A DNA stretch of 64,000 bases from Bacteroidales bacterium UBA2861 (GCA_002350615.1 DEFD01000027.1:26400-90399); one strand, 5' to 3'; shown: positions 39,247 through 49,626, counted from the first letter of the stretch. Notes: a model not told the origin generated them from the sequence alone. Translations and numbers: made by a program.

Positions 39247-39914
39247 TGGATGTCAACATAGAAAAGAGTTGGAAAGAAGCCCTGCAGAGCGAGTTTGACA
39301 AGCCGTACTTTGCAAGGCTTGTTTCTTATCTGCACCAGGAAAAGGCCGCCGGACGGAAGATATATCCTCCCGGAGGGAAGATTTTCCGCGCCTTCGAACT
39401 GACTCCGCTGCCCGAGGTCAAAGCCGTAATCCTGGGCCAGGACCCTTATCACAATCCCGGTCAGGCTATGGGCCTGTCCTTTTCCGTGCCGGAAGGAGTG
39501 ACCGCTCCCCCTTCCCTGAAGAACATTTTCAAGGAGATAGAAAGCGACCTGGGCATCAGGATGAGCGGAAGCCCGAATCTCGAACCCTGGGCACGCCAGG
39601 GCGTGCTGATGCTCAACGCCGTGCTCACCGTGAGGGAAAACCAGCCCACTTCCCACGGGAACATCGGATGGCAGGAGTTTACCGACGCTGTAATCAGTTG
39701 CATATCAGAACGATGTGACGGGGTAGTTTTCCTGCTCTGGGGCAATTACGCCCGCAGCAAACGGGGGCTCATCGACACTTCAAGGCATTACGTGCTGGAA
39801 GCAGCCCATCCTTCCCCCCTCGCAAGAGGTGCATTTTTCGGATGCAGGCATTTCAGCAAGACCAACGCCATACTTCTTCAAGAACATAAAACACCTATAA
39901 ATTGGCAACTATAG
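39246..39914 (+). CDS. ung: Uracil-DNA glycosylase
   Basis: ILGQDPYH, PPSLKNIFKE, GVLMLN, AHPSPL. Confidence 0.97.
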   Translation: MDVNIEKSWKEALQSEFDKPYFARLVSYLHQEKAAGRKIYPPGGKIFRAFELTPLPEVKAVILGQDPYHNPGQAMGLSFSVPEGVTAPPSLKNIFKEIESDLGIRMSGSPNLEPWARQGVLMLNAVLTVRENQPTSHGNIGWQEFTDAVISCISERCDGVVFLLWGNYARSKRGLIDTSRHYVLEAAHPSPLARGAFFGCRHFSKTNAILLQEHKTPINWQL

Positions 39915-40375
39915 CGCTTTTCCCCGGATCTTTCGATCCTTTCACCGCGGGACATCTCAACATACTGAAGAGGGCCCTGACCATCTTCGACGAAGTCGTG
40001 GTGGCCATCGGCATCAACCAGGACAAAAGAGGCTTCTTTTCCACCGAACAGAAGATAGACATCGTCCGGCAGGCCACCGAAGGCCTCGCCGGAGTGCGGA
40101 TAATCAATTACGACTGCCTCACCATAGACATCTGCAGGCAGTTGGGAATCAGGCACATAGTCCGTGGAGTAAGGAACTTCCTGGATTTCGAGACGGAGCA
40201 GAGCATAGCCGACGCCAACCGCCGGATAGCGCCGGAAATCGAAACCATCCTCATCCCTACCGCACAGGAATTCTCCCATATCTCATCCTCTTCCGTGCGC
40301 GACCTCATCCGCCACAAGGGGGACACTTCACTCTTCATGCCGGAAGGCGTAACACTCCCCAAAGCAGAGAACTGA
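39902..40375 (+). CDS. coaD: Pantetheine-phosphate adenylyltransferase
   Basis: FPGSFDPFTAGH, VRGVRN..DFE.E, ISSSSVR. Confidence 0.95.
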   Translation: MATIALFPGSFDPFTAGHLNILKRALTIFDEVVVAIGINQDKRGFFSTEQKIDIVRQATEGLAGVRIINYDCLTIDICRQLGIRHIVRGVRNFLDFETEQSIADANRRIAPEIETILIPTAQEFSHISSSSVRDLIRHKGDTSLFMPEGVTLPKAEN

Positions 40376-40379
40376 ATCC

Positions 40380-41225
40380 ATGAGAGGTCTCGCCATCATA
40401 GCGGCATGCATTCTCAGCCTCGCGCGCGCGTGGAGTTTTCCTTGCGTCCAGGCACCTCAGGAGAAGGAAAACCGCTTCGCGGCGCTCGACAGCATGATGG
40501 TGCAGTATCTGTCCGCCATCCAGGGCAGCGGTCCCGAGGACAAGATGCGCGAGAGCGATTTCATGATAGGGGCTGCAGCCGACACTGCGGTGCGCAGGCA
40601 CGTGGCCCTGAAACTCTTCGACCACTACAAAGAGGCCCCAGTAATGGGTGACGAGGCGGTTGCCATCCATATCTACGACCGCTGGTTCGCTTCCGGAGAC
40701 ATAAAGATGCGCAGCGAATTCGACGAGATGGACGCCAAGCTCTTCGCCGATTTCAACCGCAACTCGCTGATCGGCATGAAGGCTCCTGTCATCAGCCTTC
40801 GCAAGCCATGCGGAGGCAGAATGTCAATCCCGCAGGGAGGCAGCTGCTCCATCCTCTGGTTCCACGACACCTCCTGCGGCAAGTGCAAGCTGGAAGCCAA
40901 GGTACTGCCATCCGTATTGGAGAAGGCGGATTTCCCGATAGTTTTCTATGCCGTATATGCCGGACAGTCGAAGAAGGAATGGCGCAATTTTCGCAGGAAT
41001 TTCCGCCCGGAAAACAAGAAGATAAAGCTGGTACATTTATGGGACCCGGAAATGGAGTCGGATTATCTGAGCCTTTACGGCGTCATTTCCACCCCAAAAC
41101 TATATATGACGGCCCCCGACGGCAGGATAATCGGGCGAAGGCTCGAGCCGGAATCCCTGGCACAGCTGCTGCCGATAGCCGCCAGGATTGCCAAACAGGA
41201 AAACGATAATTTCAATATACAATGA
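40380..41225 (+). CDS. Exported thioredoxin-fold (TlpA/redoxin-like) protein
   Basis: Signal peptide, NRNSLIGMKAP, WFHDTSCGKC CxxC, YGVISTPKLY..PDG.IIGR. Confidence 0.75.
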   Translation: MRGLAIIAACILSLARAWSFPCVQAPQEKENRFAALDSMMVQYLSAIQGSGPEDKMRESDFMIGAAADTAVRRHVALKLFDHYKEAPVMGDEAVAIHIYDRWFASGDIKMRSEFDEMDAKLFADFNRNSLIGMKAPVISLRKPCGGRMSIPQGGSCSILWFHDTSCGKCKLEAKVLPSVLEKADFPIVFYAVYAGQSKKEWRNFRRNFRPENKKIKLVHLWDPEMESDYLSLYGVISTPKLYMTAPDGRIIGRRLEPESLAQLLPIAARIAKQENDNFNIQ

Positions 41226-44038
41226 AAAGATTAATTATTCTTGGTTTCGCCGCCATGTGCGCGGCCCTGAGCCTCCAGGCACAGGACAATCCCATGATGA
41301 GGCCGCTCCCCTGCGACCCGAGCGTAAAAGTAGGCAAGCTGGACAACGGGCTCACCTACTACATCCGCCACAACGCCCTTCCGGAAAAAAGGGCCGAATT
41401 CTATCTCGCCACCGACGTGGGCGCCATTTATGAAACTCCCGACCAGGACGGTCTGGCCCACTTCCTGGAGCACATGTGCTTCAACGGAACGAAGAATTTC
41501 CCCGGAAAGGGCATCCTCAACTGGCTGCAGAGCATCGGAGCCGAGTTCGGACGCAACATCAACGCTTCCACCGGATTCGAAGAGACCCAGTACATGCTCA
41601 ACAACATCCCCGTCGAGCGTGAGAGCGTCGTGGACAGCTGCCTCATGATCCTGCGCGACTATTCCCACTTCGTCACCAACGCCACCGAGGAAATCGACGC
41701 GGAACGCGGAGTCATCCGTGAAGAACGCCGCCAGAGGCGCAATGCCCAGTGGCGCAGCTTCGAGGCCGCACTTCCCTACTACTTCGGCGACACCAAATAC
41801 GCCGGATGCACCCTTATCGGACAGGAAGAGAGCATCATGGGCTTCGCTCCCCAGAGTCTTCACAACTTCTATGCAAGCTGGTATCATCCCGGCAAGCAGG
41901 CAGTCGTGGTAGTTGGCGACATCGACGTGGACCGCACCGAAGCCAAGATCAAGGAATTCTTCGGCGCAATTCCCGCCAAGGAGAATCCCGAGACAAAGCC
42001 GGCAATCCCCTTCCCTGCCAACAAAGAGCCTGTCGTGGGCATCTTCACCGATCCTGAACTTTCTTCTCCCAGCATAGAAATCGCATGGAAGAGCGAAGCC
42101 GCACCCGAGGAGCTCAACGCCACCATCGCAGGCGAGCTGCAGGACTACATCAAAATCCTCATCTCCCAGATTATGGGCGAACGTTTCGAGGATATCACCG
42201 CAAAGGCTGACGCTCCCTTCATCGGCGGCGGATTCAGCATCAGCAGCCTCATCTATGAAGATATCGACGCCGCCATGGCGGACGTGACTCTCAAGGAGAA
42301 CAACATCCTCGGAGGCCTGGAAAGTTTCTACACCGAAATAGAGCGCATGCGTCGCTTCGGCTTCCAGGCAGATGAGTTCGAGCGCGCAAAAGCAAACATC
42401 GTTTCCGCCCTGGAAACCGCTGCAGAAAAGGCTGATACCCGCAAGAACCCTCAGTTCGTGCGCCCTATCCTCCGCAATTTCTTCGACAAGAAGCCCTACC
42501 TCGATCCCAAGACCGAACTTGAGCTCGGCAAGCAGCTCCTGAGCATGCTCAACGCCGATATCCTCAACCAGGTAGCTCCCCAGCTGATCACCGACGAGAA
42601 CATGGTTATCATCTATTCAGGTCCTCAGAAAGAGGGTATCGCAACTCCTTCGGCCGAGCAGATTCTCGGCAGCATAGCTAAAGTGAAGGCCTCAGACATC
42701 CAGCCCCTCCAGGGCGAGGAAATCGCGAGCGACTTCCTGGATGCTTCCAAACTGAAGGCAGGAAAGGTAAAGAAGAGTGCCAAAGGCCCTTACGGATCCA
42801 CCGTATGGACACTTTCCAACGGTGTAGAGGTGACGGTTCTTCCCACTTCCCACCAGAAAGACCAGATTCTCTTCAACCTTTACAGGGCCGGCGGACAAAG
42901 CCTTATCGCCACCGAAGACCTCGCTTCCTTCGATTCCAACATCTGGGGACTCTTCATGCGTAACAGCGGCGTAGGACAGTTCAGCGGCACCCAGACCAGC
43001 AAGATGCTGTCCGGAAAGAACCTGAGCGCAAGTCCCTATATCGCCGAGCTCCGCAACGGAATAAGCGGCAACTCCACCAAGAAAGACCTGGAAACCGCAT
43101 TCCAGCTCATGTACCTGCAGTATGTACAGCCCCGCTTCGACGCAGAGGAATACAATGTGGGCATCAGCCAGCTCCGCAACATTCTCCCCAATATCCTTGA
43201 AACTCCCAACTTCAAGATGCAGAAGGGCTTCAACGACGCCATTTACGGAGGCAATCCCCGCAAGGCCGTCATCAGCCCCGAGACTTTGGACAAAGCTTCC
43301 ATTGCAACCGTGGAGAAGAACTACAGGAAACTCTTCGGCGATGCAGCCGGATTGAAGCTGATCGTGGTGGGCGATGTGGACATCGACGTGTTGAAGCCTC
43401 TGGTCGAGAAGTATGTCGCTTCCATCCCCAAGGGCAAGAAGGCTCCGAAGTGGATCGACACCAAGGAGTATCCTGTGAACGGCATCAACGAGGTGCGCAA
43501 TCCCGAGAAGATGGAAACACCCCAGAGCACCGTATTCCTCCGCTACCACGCTCCTCTCGCCTATTCTTCCGAAAGGTCTGCGGCTCTCGATGCCATCGGA
43601 TACATCATGGACATCCGCTACACCGCAAGCCTGCGCGAGGAAATCGGCGGCACATACGGAGCCAGCGCTTTTGCGAATCAGCAGAAATACCCTGTGGGCA
43701 GGACCGATATCAGCGTAATGTTCCAGTGCAAGCCGGAACTCTGCGACACCCTTCTCAAGGTTGCCAAGGCACAGCTTGAAGACTTCGCCGCGAACGGTCC
43801 CACCGAGGACGAGTTCGCAAAGAGCATCCTGAACCTCAAGAAGAACATTCCTGAAAACCGCATCAGCAACAGCTACTGGATGAACCAGATACGCTATGTG
43901 CAGGAGGGTTACGGCGATGAGGACGCAGCCTACGAGAAAGCTGTGAACGAACTCAGCGCGGCCAAGATCCAGGAAGCCGCAAAGGCTGTTCTGGACGCAG
44001 GCAACAAGATTGAATTCGTAATGGTCCCTGCGGAATAA
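41222..44038 (+). CDS. M16-family zinc peptidase (PqqL-like)
   Basis: GKLDNGLTYYI, HFLEH inverted zincin, ERGVIREE, LREEIGGTYG. Confidence 0.92.
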   Translation: MKRLIILGFAAMCAALSLQAQDNPMMRPLPCDPSVKVGKLDNGLTYYIRHNALPEKRAEFYLATDVGAIYETPDQDGLAHFLEHMCFNGTKNFPGKGILNWLQSIGAEFGRNINASTGFEETQYMLNNIPVERESVVDSCLMILRDYSHFVTNATEEIDAERGVIREERRQRRNAQWRSFEAALPYYFGDTKYAGCTLIGQEESIMGFAPQSLHNFYASWYHPGKQAVVVVGDIDVDRTEAKIKEFFGAIPAKENPETKPAIPFPANKEPVVGIFTDPELSSPSIEIAWKSEAAPEELNATIAGELQDYIKILISQIMGERFEDITAKADAPFIGGGFSISSLIYEDIDAAMADVTLKENNILGGLESFYTEIERMRRFGFQADEFERAKANIVSALETAAEKADTRKNPQFVRPILRNFFDKKPYLDPKTELELGKQLLSMLNADILNQVAPQLITDENMVIIYSGPQKEGIATPSAEQILGSIAKVKASDIQPLQGEEIASDFLDASKLKAGKVKKSAKGPYGSTVWTLSNGVEVTVLPTSHQKDQILFNLYRAGGQSLIATEDLASFDSNIWGLFMRNSGVGQFSGTQTSKMLSGKNLSASPYIAELRNGISGNSTKKDLETAFQLMYLQYVQPRFDAEEYNVGISQLRNILPNILETPNFKMQKGFNDAIYGGNPRKAVISPETLDKASIATVEKNYRKLFGDAAGLKLIVVGDVDIDVLKPLVEKYVASIPKGKKAPKWIDTKEYPVNGINEVRNPEKMETPQSTVFLRYHAPLAYSSERSAALDAIGYIMDIRYTASLREEIGGTYGASAFANQQKYPVGRTDISVMFQCKPELCDTLLKVAKAQLEDFAANGPTEDEFAKSILNLKKNIPENRISNSYWMNQIRYVQEGYGDEDAAYEKAVNELSAAKIQEAAKAVLDAGNKIEFVMVPAE

Positions 44039-44364
44039 TGTTAGGAGACGATTTCAGAATTGTCAGCGATACCGTGACGGACGGGGTACGGCATATCACT
44101 GCCGTACCCTCCGCACTGGTATGCAGCGTTCAGATAGACTTTGACCTGTCTCCGGACGGGAAGATACACAATCTTAAGTATATACGCGGGTGCAACGGCA
44201 ACCTGCAGGCCATAGGGCGCCTGCTCGAAGGCAAGGATGCGCAGGAGGCCGCCGCGATACTCAGCGGGGTGAACTGCGCAGGGAGGGGCACATCGTGCAC
44301 CGATCAGTTGTCGCGGATCCTTCAGACCGTGACAACTGATCCGGCCCTTCGGCCGGGTGATTAG
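44038..44364 (+). CDS. TIGR03905-family TSCPD-domain protein
   Basis: VCS..I.F, GCNGNLQAI, L.G..C..RGTSCTDQL. Confidence 0.85.
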   Translation: MLGDDFRIVSDTVTDGVRHITAVPSALVCSVQIDFDLSPDGKIHNLKYIRGCNGNLQAIGRLLEGKDAQEAAAILSGVNCAGRGTSCTDQLSRILQTVTTDPALRPGD

Positions 44365-44456
44365 GGGCCTGCCCCTAATATACCCCGGGCTGCTGAAGCA
44401 GCCTTGTCGCTTCGCTCCGGATCCTTCAGTCCGTGACAACTGATCCGGCCCTTCGG
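44314..44456 (+). repeat. 39-bp direct repeat of the gene 3' end flanking a small hairpin element
   Basis: 44314-44352 vs 44418-44456, 38/39 identical. Confidence 0.85.
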
Positions 44457-44504
44457 TGATTAAATTAGCGTTTTAGCTAAGTGGCTGATCGCCAAAGATT
44501 TACG

Positions 44505-44540
44505 AAAAGACGATGCTCCATTTTGGAGCATCGTCTTTTT
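44505..44540. terminator. Bidirectional intrinsic terminator
   Basis: AAAAGACGATGCTCCA-TTT-TGGAGCATCGTCTTTT perfect stem between convergent genes. Confidence 0.85.
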
Positions 44541-44576
44541 ATAATAAACTGATGAACAATCAGTTAAGAAACACGG

Positions 44577-46787
44577 CTAGAGGAAGCAGATGGGACGGGT
44601 GCCGTACTTGTTAGTCTTGGCAAGCTCCTGAATCTTGTTACTGCCGGAATTCGGCACGAAGGCATAGGCGTACATCCACTGTTTCAGGCCGTCCTGATAA
44701 ACCTTCGTGCTGTAATTGGCAAGCCAATATGGACCGGTCAGGAGATCAGCACAGCTGTTGGAGAGTTTCCGTGCATTGGAAATCGATGTATTCACCACTG
44801 AGAGCAATTCCTCAAGATTCTTCATGTCACTTATCAGAGGCAGCATCCAGCCTGTAGAGCCATACTTGTCCGTGGTGTTGGCTTTTCTGAGAGGAAGTGC
44901 TCCGTTGCGGCCCACGTTTTCAGTCATGCCGTTATAGTCGTTGTAATTATCTACCGAATAAATAGCCTTGATTCTTTTGCTGTCAGATGCGGAAACGTTC
45001 CATTTCCTCATCTGTTCGTACACAAGATATGTCTTATACGCGGTATTGCCCTTGGGCGCAGCCACCACCGATGCATCCCATCCGCTCTCGGCGCCGAGGT
45101 CAAAAGCGGAAGTGCACCACTCCCACGTGTAGTCGCCGGCTTTCGGGTCTTTGATGGAGATTACTGAAGCATGCGCGAATGTGCCGTTATAATAGGCCCA
45201 TTCAGTCGTGCCGAGACGGCGGAAACCGCGAAGTTTCAGGCCCCCGGTGTTCGAACTCTGGTCCGTCATGTCGTATATTACCCCTATGAGATAACTGAGG
45301 TTGCCGCCGTCCGGAGAAACATTTACCTGACGTGCCCAGGAACCGTTCCTGTCATAAGCGCGCAGACCGCCGTCGGAATGATAATAGTAAACTTTGTTCG
45401 GATCCGAGGGAAGGTAATACACGAAGTCCCCTGGCTTAATGTCCTCGGCTTTGAAATCATCGACGGTAAAACTGAAACTGGAGCTCTTGCCATTCACCAG
45501 GCTCGTCACCTGGATCGCGTTCGAGTATCTGGAGCCTGACGTGGCATTAAATTCCACTTTGGCGGTTGCATTGCTAATCTGGGTAAGCGTCACATTGCTG
45601 ATATCGGCGTGACTGCCTCCTATTTTGACAAGGCACAGGGCTTTGTCAGGCTGCGGACTTATATTGAGTATATGGCTGCCGTTGCCGGCATATACGACTC
45701 CTTCGCCGGAAACTTCGCTGCCGTTCAGTTTGAGGGTGAAGCCTGTCGGAGCCTCGAAGGTTTTCACGGGGATGCGGATGTCGCTGATTCCAGCAGCGGT
45801 TGTCGAAACCTTGAGATAATAAGTGGAGCTGTTTCCTCCTACTGATGATGACGGTATTGAAAGCGCTCCATTGGAAGCGATCGCGATATTGGAGGGGTTC
45901 TCGGAGACGATGGAAAACGTTCCGGAAGCGCTGCCTGTGCGCAGATCTCCGGTCTTTGCAATTTCGGGAACTATGGACAGGCTGTTGCCGCGCACGTAGA
46001 GAATGGTCTTCTTGTCACTGTCCAGCCGCCAGTCGCCGTTTGCCTTCATCTCGTCGAGAATCGGGATGGAAATACCGTAAATGTGGCCGCAGACCTTCAC
46101 TGAAGCCGATCCGGAGATGCCGCCTTTCTTTGCACGGACCGTGATTGTCGCCGGGTTTGAACTTGTCGGTTTATGGGAGGTATTTGACGCCACCTTCAGG
46201 GTGAGTTTGCCCTGCCCGTCTTTCATACTGCCTTTTTCCACGCTCACACGGTCATCGTTGCTGTAAATGGAGACATCCGCCCAACTGGCATTGATAGGCA
46301 GGAGATTGACCGTTATCTCCTCGCTCTCCCCCTTTCCGTCGGAACCCAGATCACTGAGTTCCAGACTGCCCTTGCTGAGGGCGATGCCGGTCAGCGTCAC
46401 TGCATCGATATACTCTCTGACTTGGACGGAGCAAGTGCAATACACCGAAGGATTACTCTTCAAGCTGGCTGTGACAGTGGCCGTTCCGGGAGACAGCGCA
46501 GTGATTTTGAGACCTGCGACATTCACTACCGAAGGATCGCTGCTGCTTATTTCCACCGCGGTTTCCTTGGACTCGTCCTGCACCGAAACCACAGGTTTTT
46601 TCGACCAGTCAGGCTCTGCCTTGATGGACAGGCTGCGTTCCTCCCCTTCTTCAAGTGAAAAACTTGAAGTAACAAAGGAAATGGAAGTGGGTTCAACCTT
46701 GTCCACTTTCCCGTGAGCCTCGATTTTATCCTTTTTGCAAGCTGCCAGCGCGAGAATTGTCACGACGGCGAATATCAGTTTTTTCAT
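44577..46787 (-). CDS. Surface lipoprotein with Ig-like domains and C-terminal DUF1566/CLec-like domain
   Basis: Lipobox LAAC; SSSDPSVVNV...PGTATVTA Big_2 unit; PGDFVYY..SDGG, GWMLP, YW, TRPI tail. Confidence 0.75.
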   Translation of the reverse strand: MKKLIFAVVTILALAACKKDKIEAHGKVDKVEPTSISFVTSSFSLEEGEERSLSIKAEPDWSKKPVVSVQDESKETAVEISSSDPSVVNVAGLKITALSPGTATVTASLKSNPSVYCTCSVQVREYIDAVTLTGIALSKGSLELSDLGSDGKGESEEITVNLLPINASWADVSIYSNDDRVSVEKGSMKDGQGKLTLKVASNTSHKPTSSNPATITVRAKKGGISGSASVKVCGHIYGISIPILDEMKANGDWRLDSDKKTILYVRGNSLSIVPEIAKTGDLRTGSASGTFSIVSENPSNIAIASNGALSIPSSSVGGNSSTYYLKVSTTAAGISDIRIPVKTFEAPTGFTLKLNGSEVSGEGVVYAGNGSHILNISPQPDKALCLVKIGGSHADISNVTLTQISNATAKVEFNATSGSRYSNAIQVTSLVNGKSSSFSFTVDDFKAEDIKPGDFVYYLPSDPNKVYYYHSDGGLRAYDRNGSWARQVNVSPDGGNLSYLIGVIYDMTDQSSNTGGLKLRGFRRLGTTEWAYYNGTFAHASVISIKDPKAGDYTWEWCTSAFDLGAESGWDASVVAAPKGNTAYKTYLVYEQMRKWNVSASDSKRIKAIYSVDNYNDYNGMTENVGRNGALPLRKANTTDKYGSTGWMLPLISDMKNLEELLSVVNTSISNARKLSNSCADLLTGPYWLANYSTKVYQDGLKQWMYAYAFVPNSGSNKIQELAKTNKYGTRPICFL

Positions 46788-46808
46788 AAGAGTGTGGGTT
46801 ATTTCAGA

Positions 46809-47036
46809 TTAGAACAGCGTTGGGTGATTCTCGTCCAGGGCCTGAAGCACATGCTCCATAGTGGCCTGGCGGATGAGGGCGCTACGGGATTTCACGCCGA
46901 AGCGTTTGCAGTATTCATCGAGCACGGCAAGTTCCTTTTTGTTGAAGAAAACCGTCTTGCGCGTGCTGCGCCTGAGGGCCGCCCGCTCCTTGTCGTGATA
47001 GCGGGGGTCGATTCCTGTTTTTTTCCTTCCTGCCAT
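46809..47036 (-). CDS. Small conserved protein, ribbon-helix-helix-like
   Basis: FNKKELAVLDEYCKRFGVKSRSALIRQATMEHVL...HPTLF; TATATTTG box upstream. Confidence 0.7.
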   Translation of the reverse strand: MAGRKKTGIDPRYHDKERAALRRSTRKTVFFNKKELAVLDEYCKRFGVKSRSALIRQATMEHVLQALDENHPTLF

Positions 47037-47055
47037 ATCCGGCAAATATAAACAA

Positions 47056-47087
47056 AAAACGGCTGATTGTCAATAACCAGCCGTTTT
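47056..47087 (-). terminator. Intrinsic terminator
   Basis: AAAACGGCTG..CAGCCGTTTT stem with T-tract on the minus strand, after the 47105 stop. Confidence 0.65.
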
Positions 47088-47104
47088 CAGTCATCGATGC
47101 AAGT

Positions 47105-49465
47105 TTATTCGTACATCAGGCACACCATACTGAGCGTGCAGTCGGCAGCGTCGTTAGCCTCTTTCACCCAAAGGGTCTGCGTTTGATCGTCGGCATCCAT
47201 GCCGTTGAAGTCGCTCGCTCCCTGATAGGTGGGGAAGTAATTGTTCCCTATGAAGGGGTTGAAGCCGGCCGCAGGTTTGCCACCAGTATTGGTAGTCGTG
47301 GACAGGACTTTAGAGAGATCGCTTGCTTTGCTCTTCATCCTGGCCGTGAATTTCGTAGTGTATGTACTGGCCGTCGGGTTCGCGAAACCTACGCTGATTC
47401 GGCTGCAGCCGTAATCCTCCATGTCGGGAAGATCGAAAGTAACCTCGCACTCGTTCTTGAGCACGATATTGCTTTCGTTGACGATCATGGCATCCACGGT
47501 TGCGGTTCCCTTGTTCACGAAGGTCATCGTTACCGTATAATCCTTGTTCGCAAAGTTGTCATGAAGCACGAAGGACCTGGTGGCGGTGGCTCCGACTGCA
47601 AGGCCGGTGACGCTGGTGAGACCCTCGTGCGCGGTCGTAAAGTTGAGAAGCACGCGTTTATAGGTCGTAAGAGGGCCATAAACCTTTTCACCGTCAACAA
47701 TGACATAGGGCTTCAAGGCAACCGGCAGCACCGGCTCCCCATAATAGGAATCCTGGGCCACGTACGCGGAAGTGAAGGCGGGTAGTTTGCTTACGTCACC
47801 GGCCGCCACCGATTTCCACTCGTCATTGCCGAACTGATAATCGAAGCCAAGGGTAGAGGTTGTAAGATTTATGCCTGAAGTCGCACGCACCCTACCCTGG
47901 AACTGCACGCGCTGTACATAGTTTTTGGGAGTATAGTTGACGATGGACTTGACCCTTTCAACCTCTTCACCCAGATATGTAAGTTTAATTTTCATGACAT
48001 CCGCAGACTGAGCTGCATTAAACAGAAGCCTGTAAGTCGAGTCAGGATATGTCGCCTTATATTTGGATCCCGGGGCTCCGTAAAGATCCCAGACTCCAAA
48101 CTGCGCGTGCTGGTCGGTAAGGGCTGCGCCTATGGCATTTCCGGCAGAGTCCTTCAGCACTTGCGAAGAAGCATCAGCGATGCAGGCAAGTCCGCTGAGG
48201 CAGAGGGAATCAGCCTTGGTGCCGCCCACAGGATTATTGCGCCCGAATTCAACCTCGGCCTTTACAAGGCGTTTTCCCTTAACTATAGGGAAATCGATGT
48301 AGGAGCCCGTTTTGTGCGAGTTGAGACGAATCCCGGCAAGGTTGCCGAAGGCCACAGCCTTGGTGTTGTAAAGGGTCCAGGCATACTGGCAGCTTTTGGA
48401 GACAAGAGGAACATACTTATGGCTGAACTGCCATCCTATCCTGCTGGCCAAGGATGATTGGAAATAAACACCCATGTCAAGAGCCTTGCTTGTATAAGGG
48501 GAGCTGCCGGCATTTTCGAAATCAAGTTCAAGAACTTCAGTCTTATAGAACTTGGACGGATTGATGCTGCCGCCTTCATACAGACGGGAAGCGATGAGTT
48601 TCTTGCTGTTTTCAAGTTTCATGAAACCTACCTCTCCGTTGGATTTCTCCACGCGGACGGTGAAATCAAGGTCTTCCGTATTCATCTCGCCGATAACAAG
48701 ATAGACATCGCCGCTGATAACTGCACCGTCACGGTAGATCACGGTCTCGTTGGAACGCTTGACCCAGTTGTCGGTAGAGGAGAAAGCCATAAAGCCGAGA
48801 TTCTCATCTTCTTCTCCCTCTTTATGGGTTACGCGGGCCTGATAGCCTCCGGAAAGATAACGGGACGAAGCCGAAGCGTTGGTTTCGTGACGGAACACGA
48901 GTTTTGTCGCATTCAGTTCCGCCGGCACGCTGAATTTCCAGTAGCTCACGCCGCTCTGGAAAACGAATTTTCCTTCATGCCTGTTTGCATTGCAGAGCAG
49001 ACGATGGGGAGCGTCTTCGAGAAGGCCGGTCTGCTGGGTGGGAACATCGAACCTGAGGTTGTGATATGTTCCTTTATCCGACGCCTTCGCAGAAACATAG
49101 AGGAGGTCCGACTCCACATAGGGATACACTGCAAAACAGAGATTCAAGGAAGTGACATCCTCGATATCATCGCAGTCGAAGGGGACATTTTCAGATCCGT
49201 CCTGACGGGCGGTGAACTTGTAGGACTGTCCGCTGGCATAGTCTATCACAGCGATTTCGTCACCGGCTTTCCAACTGAAAGCAGTGCCGTTCAGAGCCAC
49301 CTTGTCCTCTGCAGGCTGCTCTACGCTGGCATAGATCGTTACGAGTTCGCCCTTCTTTTCAACATTCTTTTCAGGGCTGTTTTCTTTGAGTTCCGCCTTG
49401 GCGCAGGCGAAAAGGGCTGAGCACGCGGCTGCCGCGCACATCAGCTTAAAGATGCGCTTTACCAT
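47105..49465 (-). CDS. Large fimbrillin-like surface lipoprotein
   Basis: MVKRIFKLMCAAAACSALFAC lipobox; K..L.G..FSWKAGDEIAV and FAVYPY..VPTQQ motifs typical of Bacteroidales fimbrillin-like N-termini. Confidence 0.7.
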   Translation of the reverse strand: MVKRIFKLMCAAAACSALFACAKAELKENSPEKNVEKKGELVTIYASVEQPAEDKVALNGTAFSWKAGDEIAVIDYASGQSYKFTARQDGSENVPFDCDDIEDVTSLNLCFAVYPYVESDLLYVSAKASDKGTYHNLRFDVPTQQTGLLEDAPHRLLCNANRHEGKFVFQSGVSYWKFSVPAELNATKLVFRHETNASASSRYLSGGYQARVTHKEGEEDENLGFMAFSSTDNWVKRSNETVIYRDGAVISGDVYLVIGEMNTEDLDFTVRVEKSNGEVGFMKLENSKKLIASRLYEGGSINPSKFYKTEVLELDFENAGSSPYTSKALDMGVYFQSSLASRIGWQFSHKYVPLVSKSCQYAWTLYNTKAVAFGNLAGIRLNSHKTGSYIDFPIVKGKRLVKAEVEFGRNNPVGGTKADSLCLSGLACIADASSQVLKDSAGNAIGAALTDQHAQFGVWDLYGAPGSKYKATYPDSTYRLLFNAAQSADVMKIKLTYLGEEVERVKSIVNYTPKNYVQRVQFQGRVRATSGINLTTSTLGFDYQFGNDEWKSVAAGDVSKLPAFTSAYVAQDSYYGEPVLPVALKPYVIVDGEKVYGPLTTYKRVLLNFTTAHEGLTSVTGLAVGATATRSFVLHDNFANKDYTVTMTFVNKGTATVDAMIVNESNIVLKNECEVTFDLPDMEDYGCSRISVGFANPTASTYTTKFTARMKSKASDLSKVLSTTTNTGGKPAAGFNPFIGNNYFPTYQGASDFNGMDADDQTQTLWVKEANDAADCTLSMVCLMYE

Positions 49466-49626
49466 GGCTGATAATCTGAATAATCGTCGGTTTCGTCCTC
49501 GATGAGAACGTTGATGGAATCGGCGGTCTCGCTGTCGCAGAGAACCGCGTAGGAGCGCAGGGCAAGCTCCTCGGACTGCGGAGAGACATAATGCCCTCCC
49601 CAATTGTTGCTACTGAGTTTGGTCAT
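49459..49626 (-). CDS. 55-aa peptide with YxxP...LCxS motif and acidic tail
   Basis: Manual translation MTKLSSNNWGGHYVSPQSEELALRSYAVLCDSETADSINVLIEDETDDYSDYQPW; its end overlaps the lipoprotein ATG. Confidence 0.7.
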   Translation of the reverse strand: MTKLSSNNWGGHYVSPQSEELALRSYAVLCDSETADSINVLIEDETDDYSDYQPW

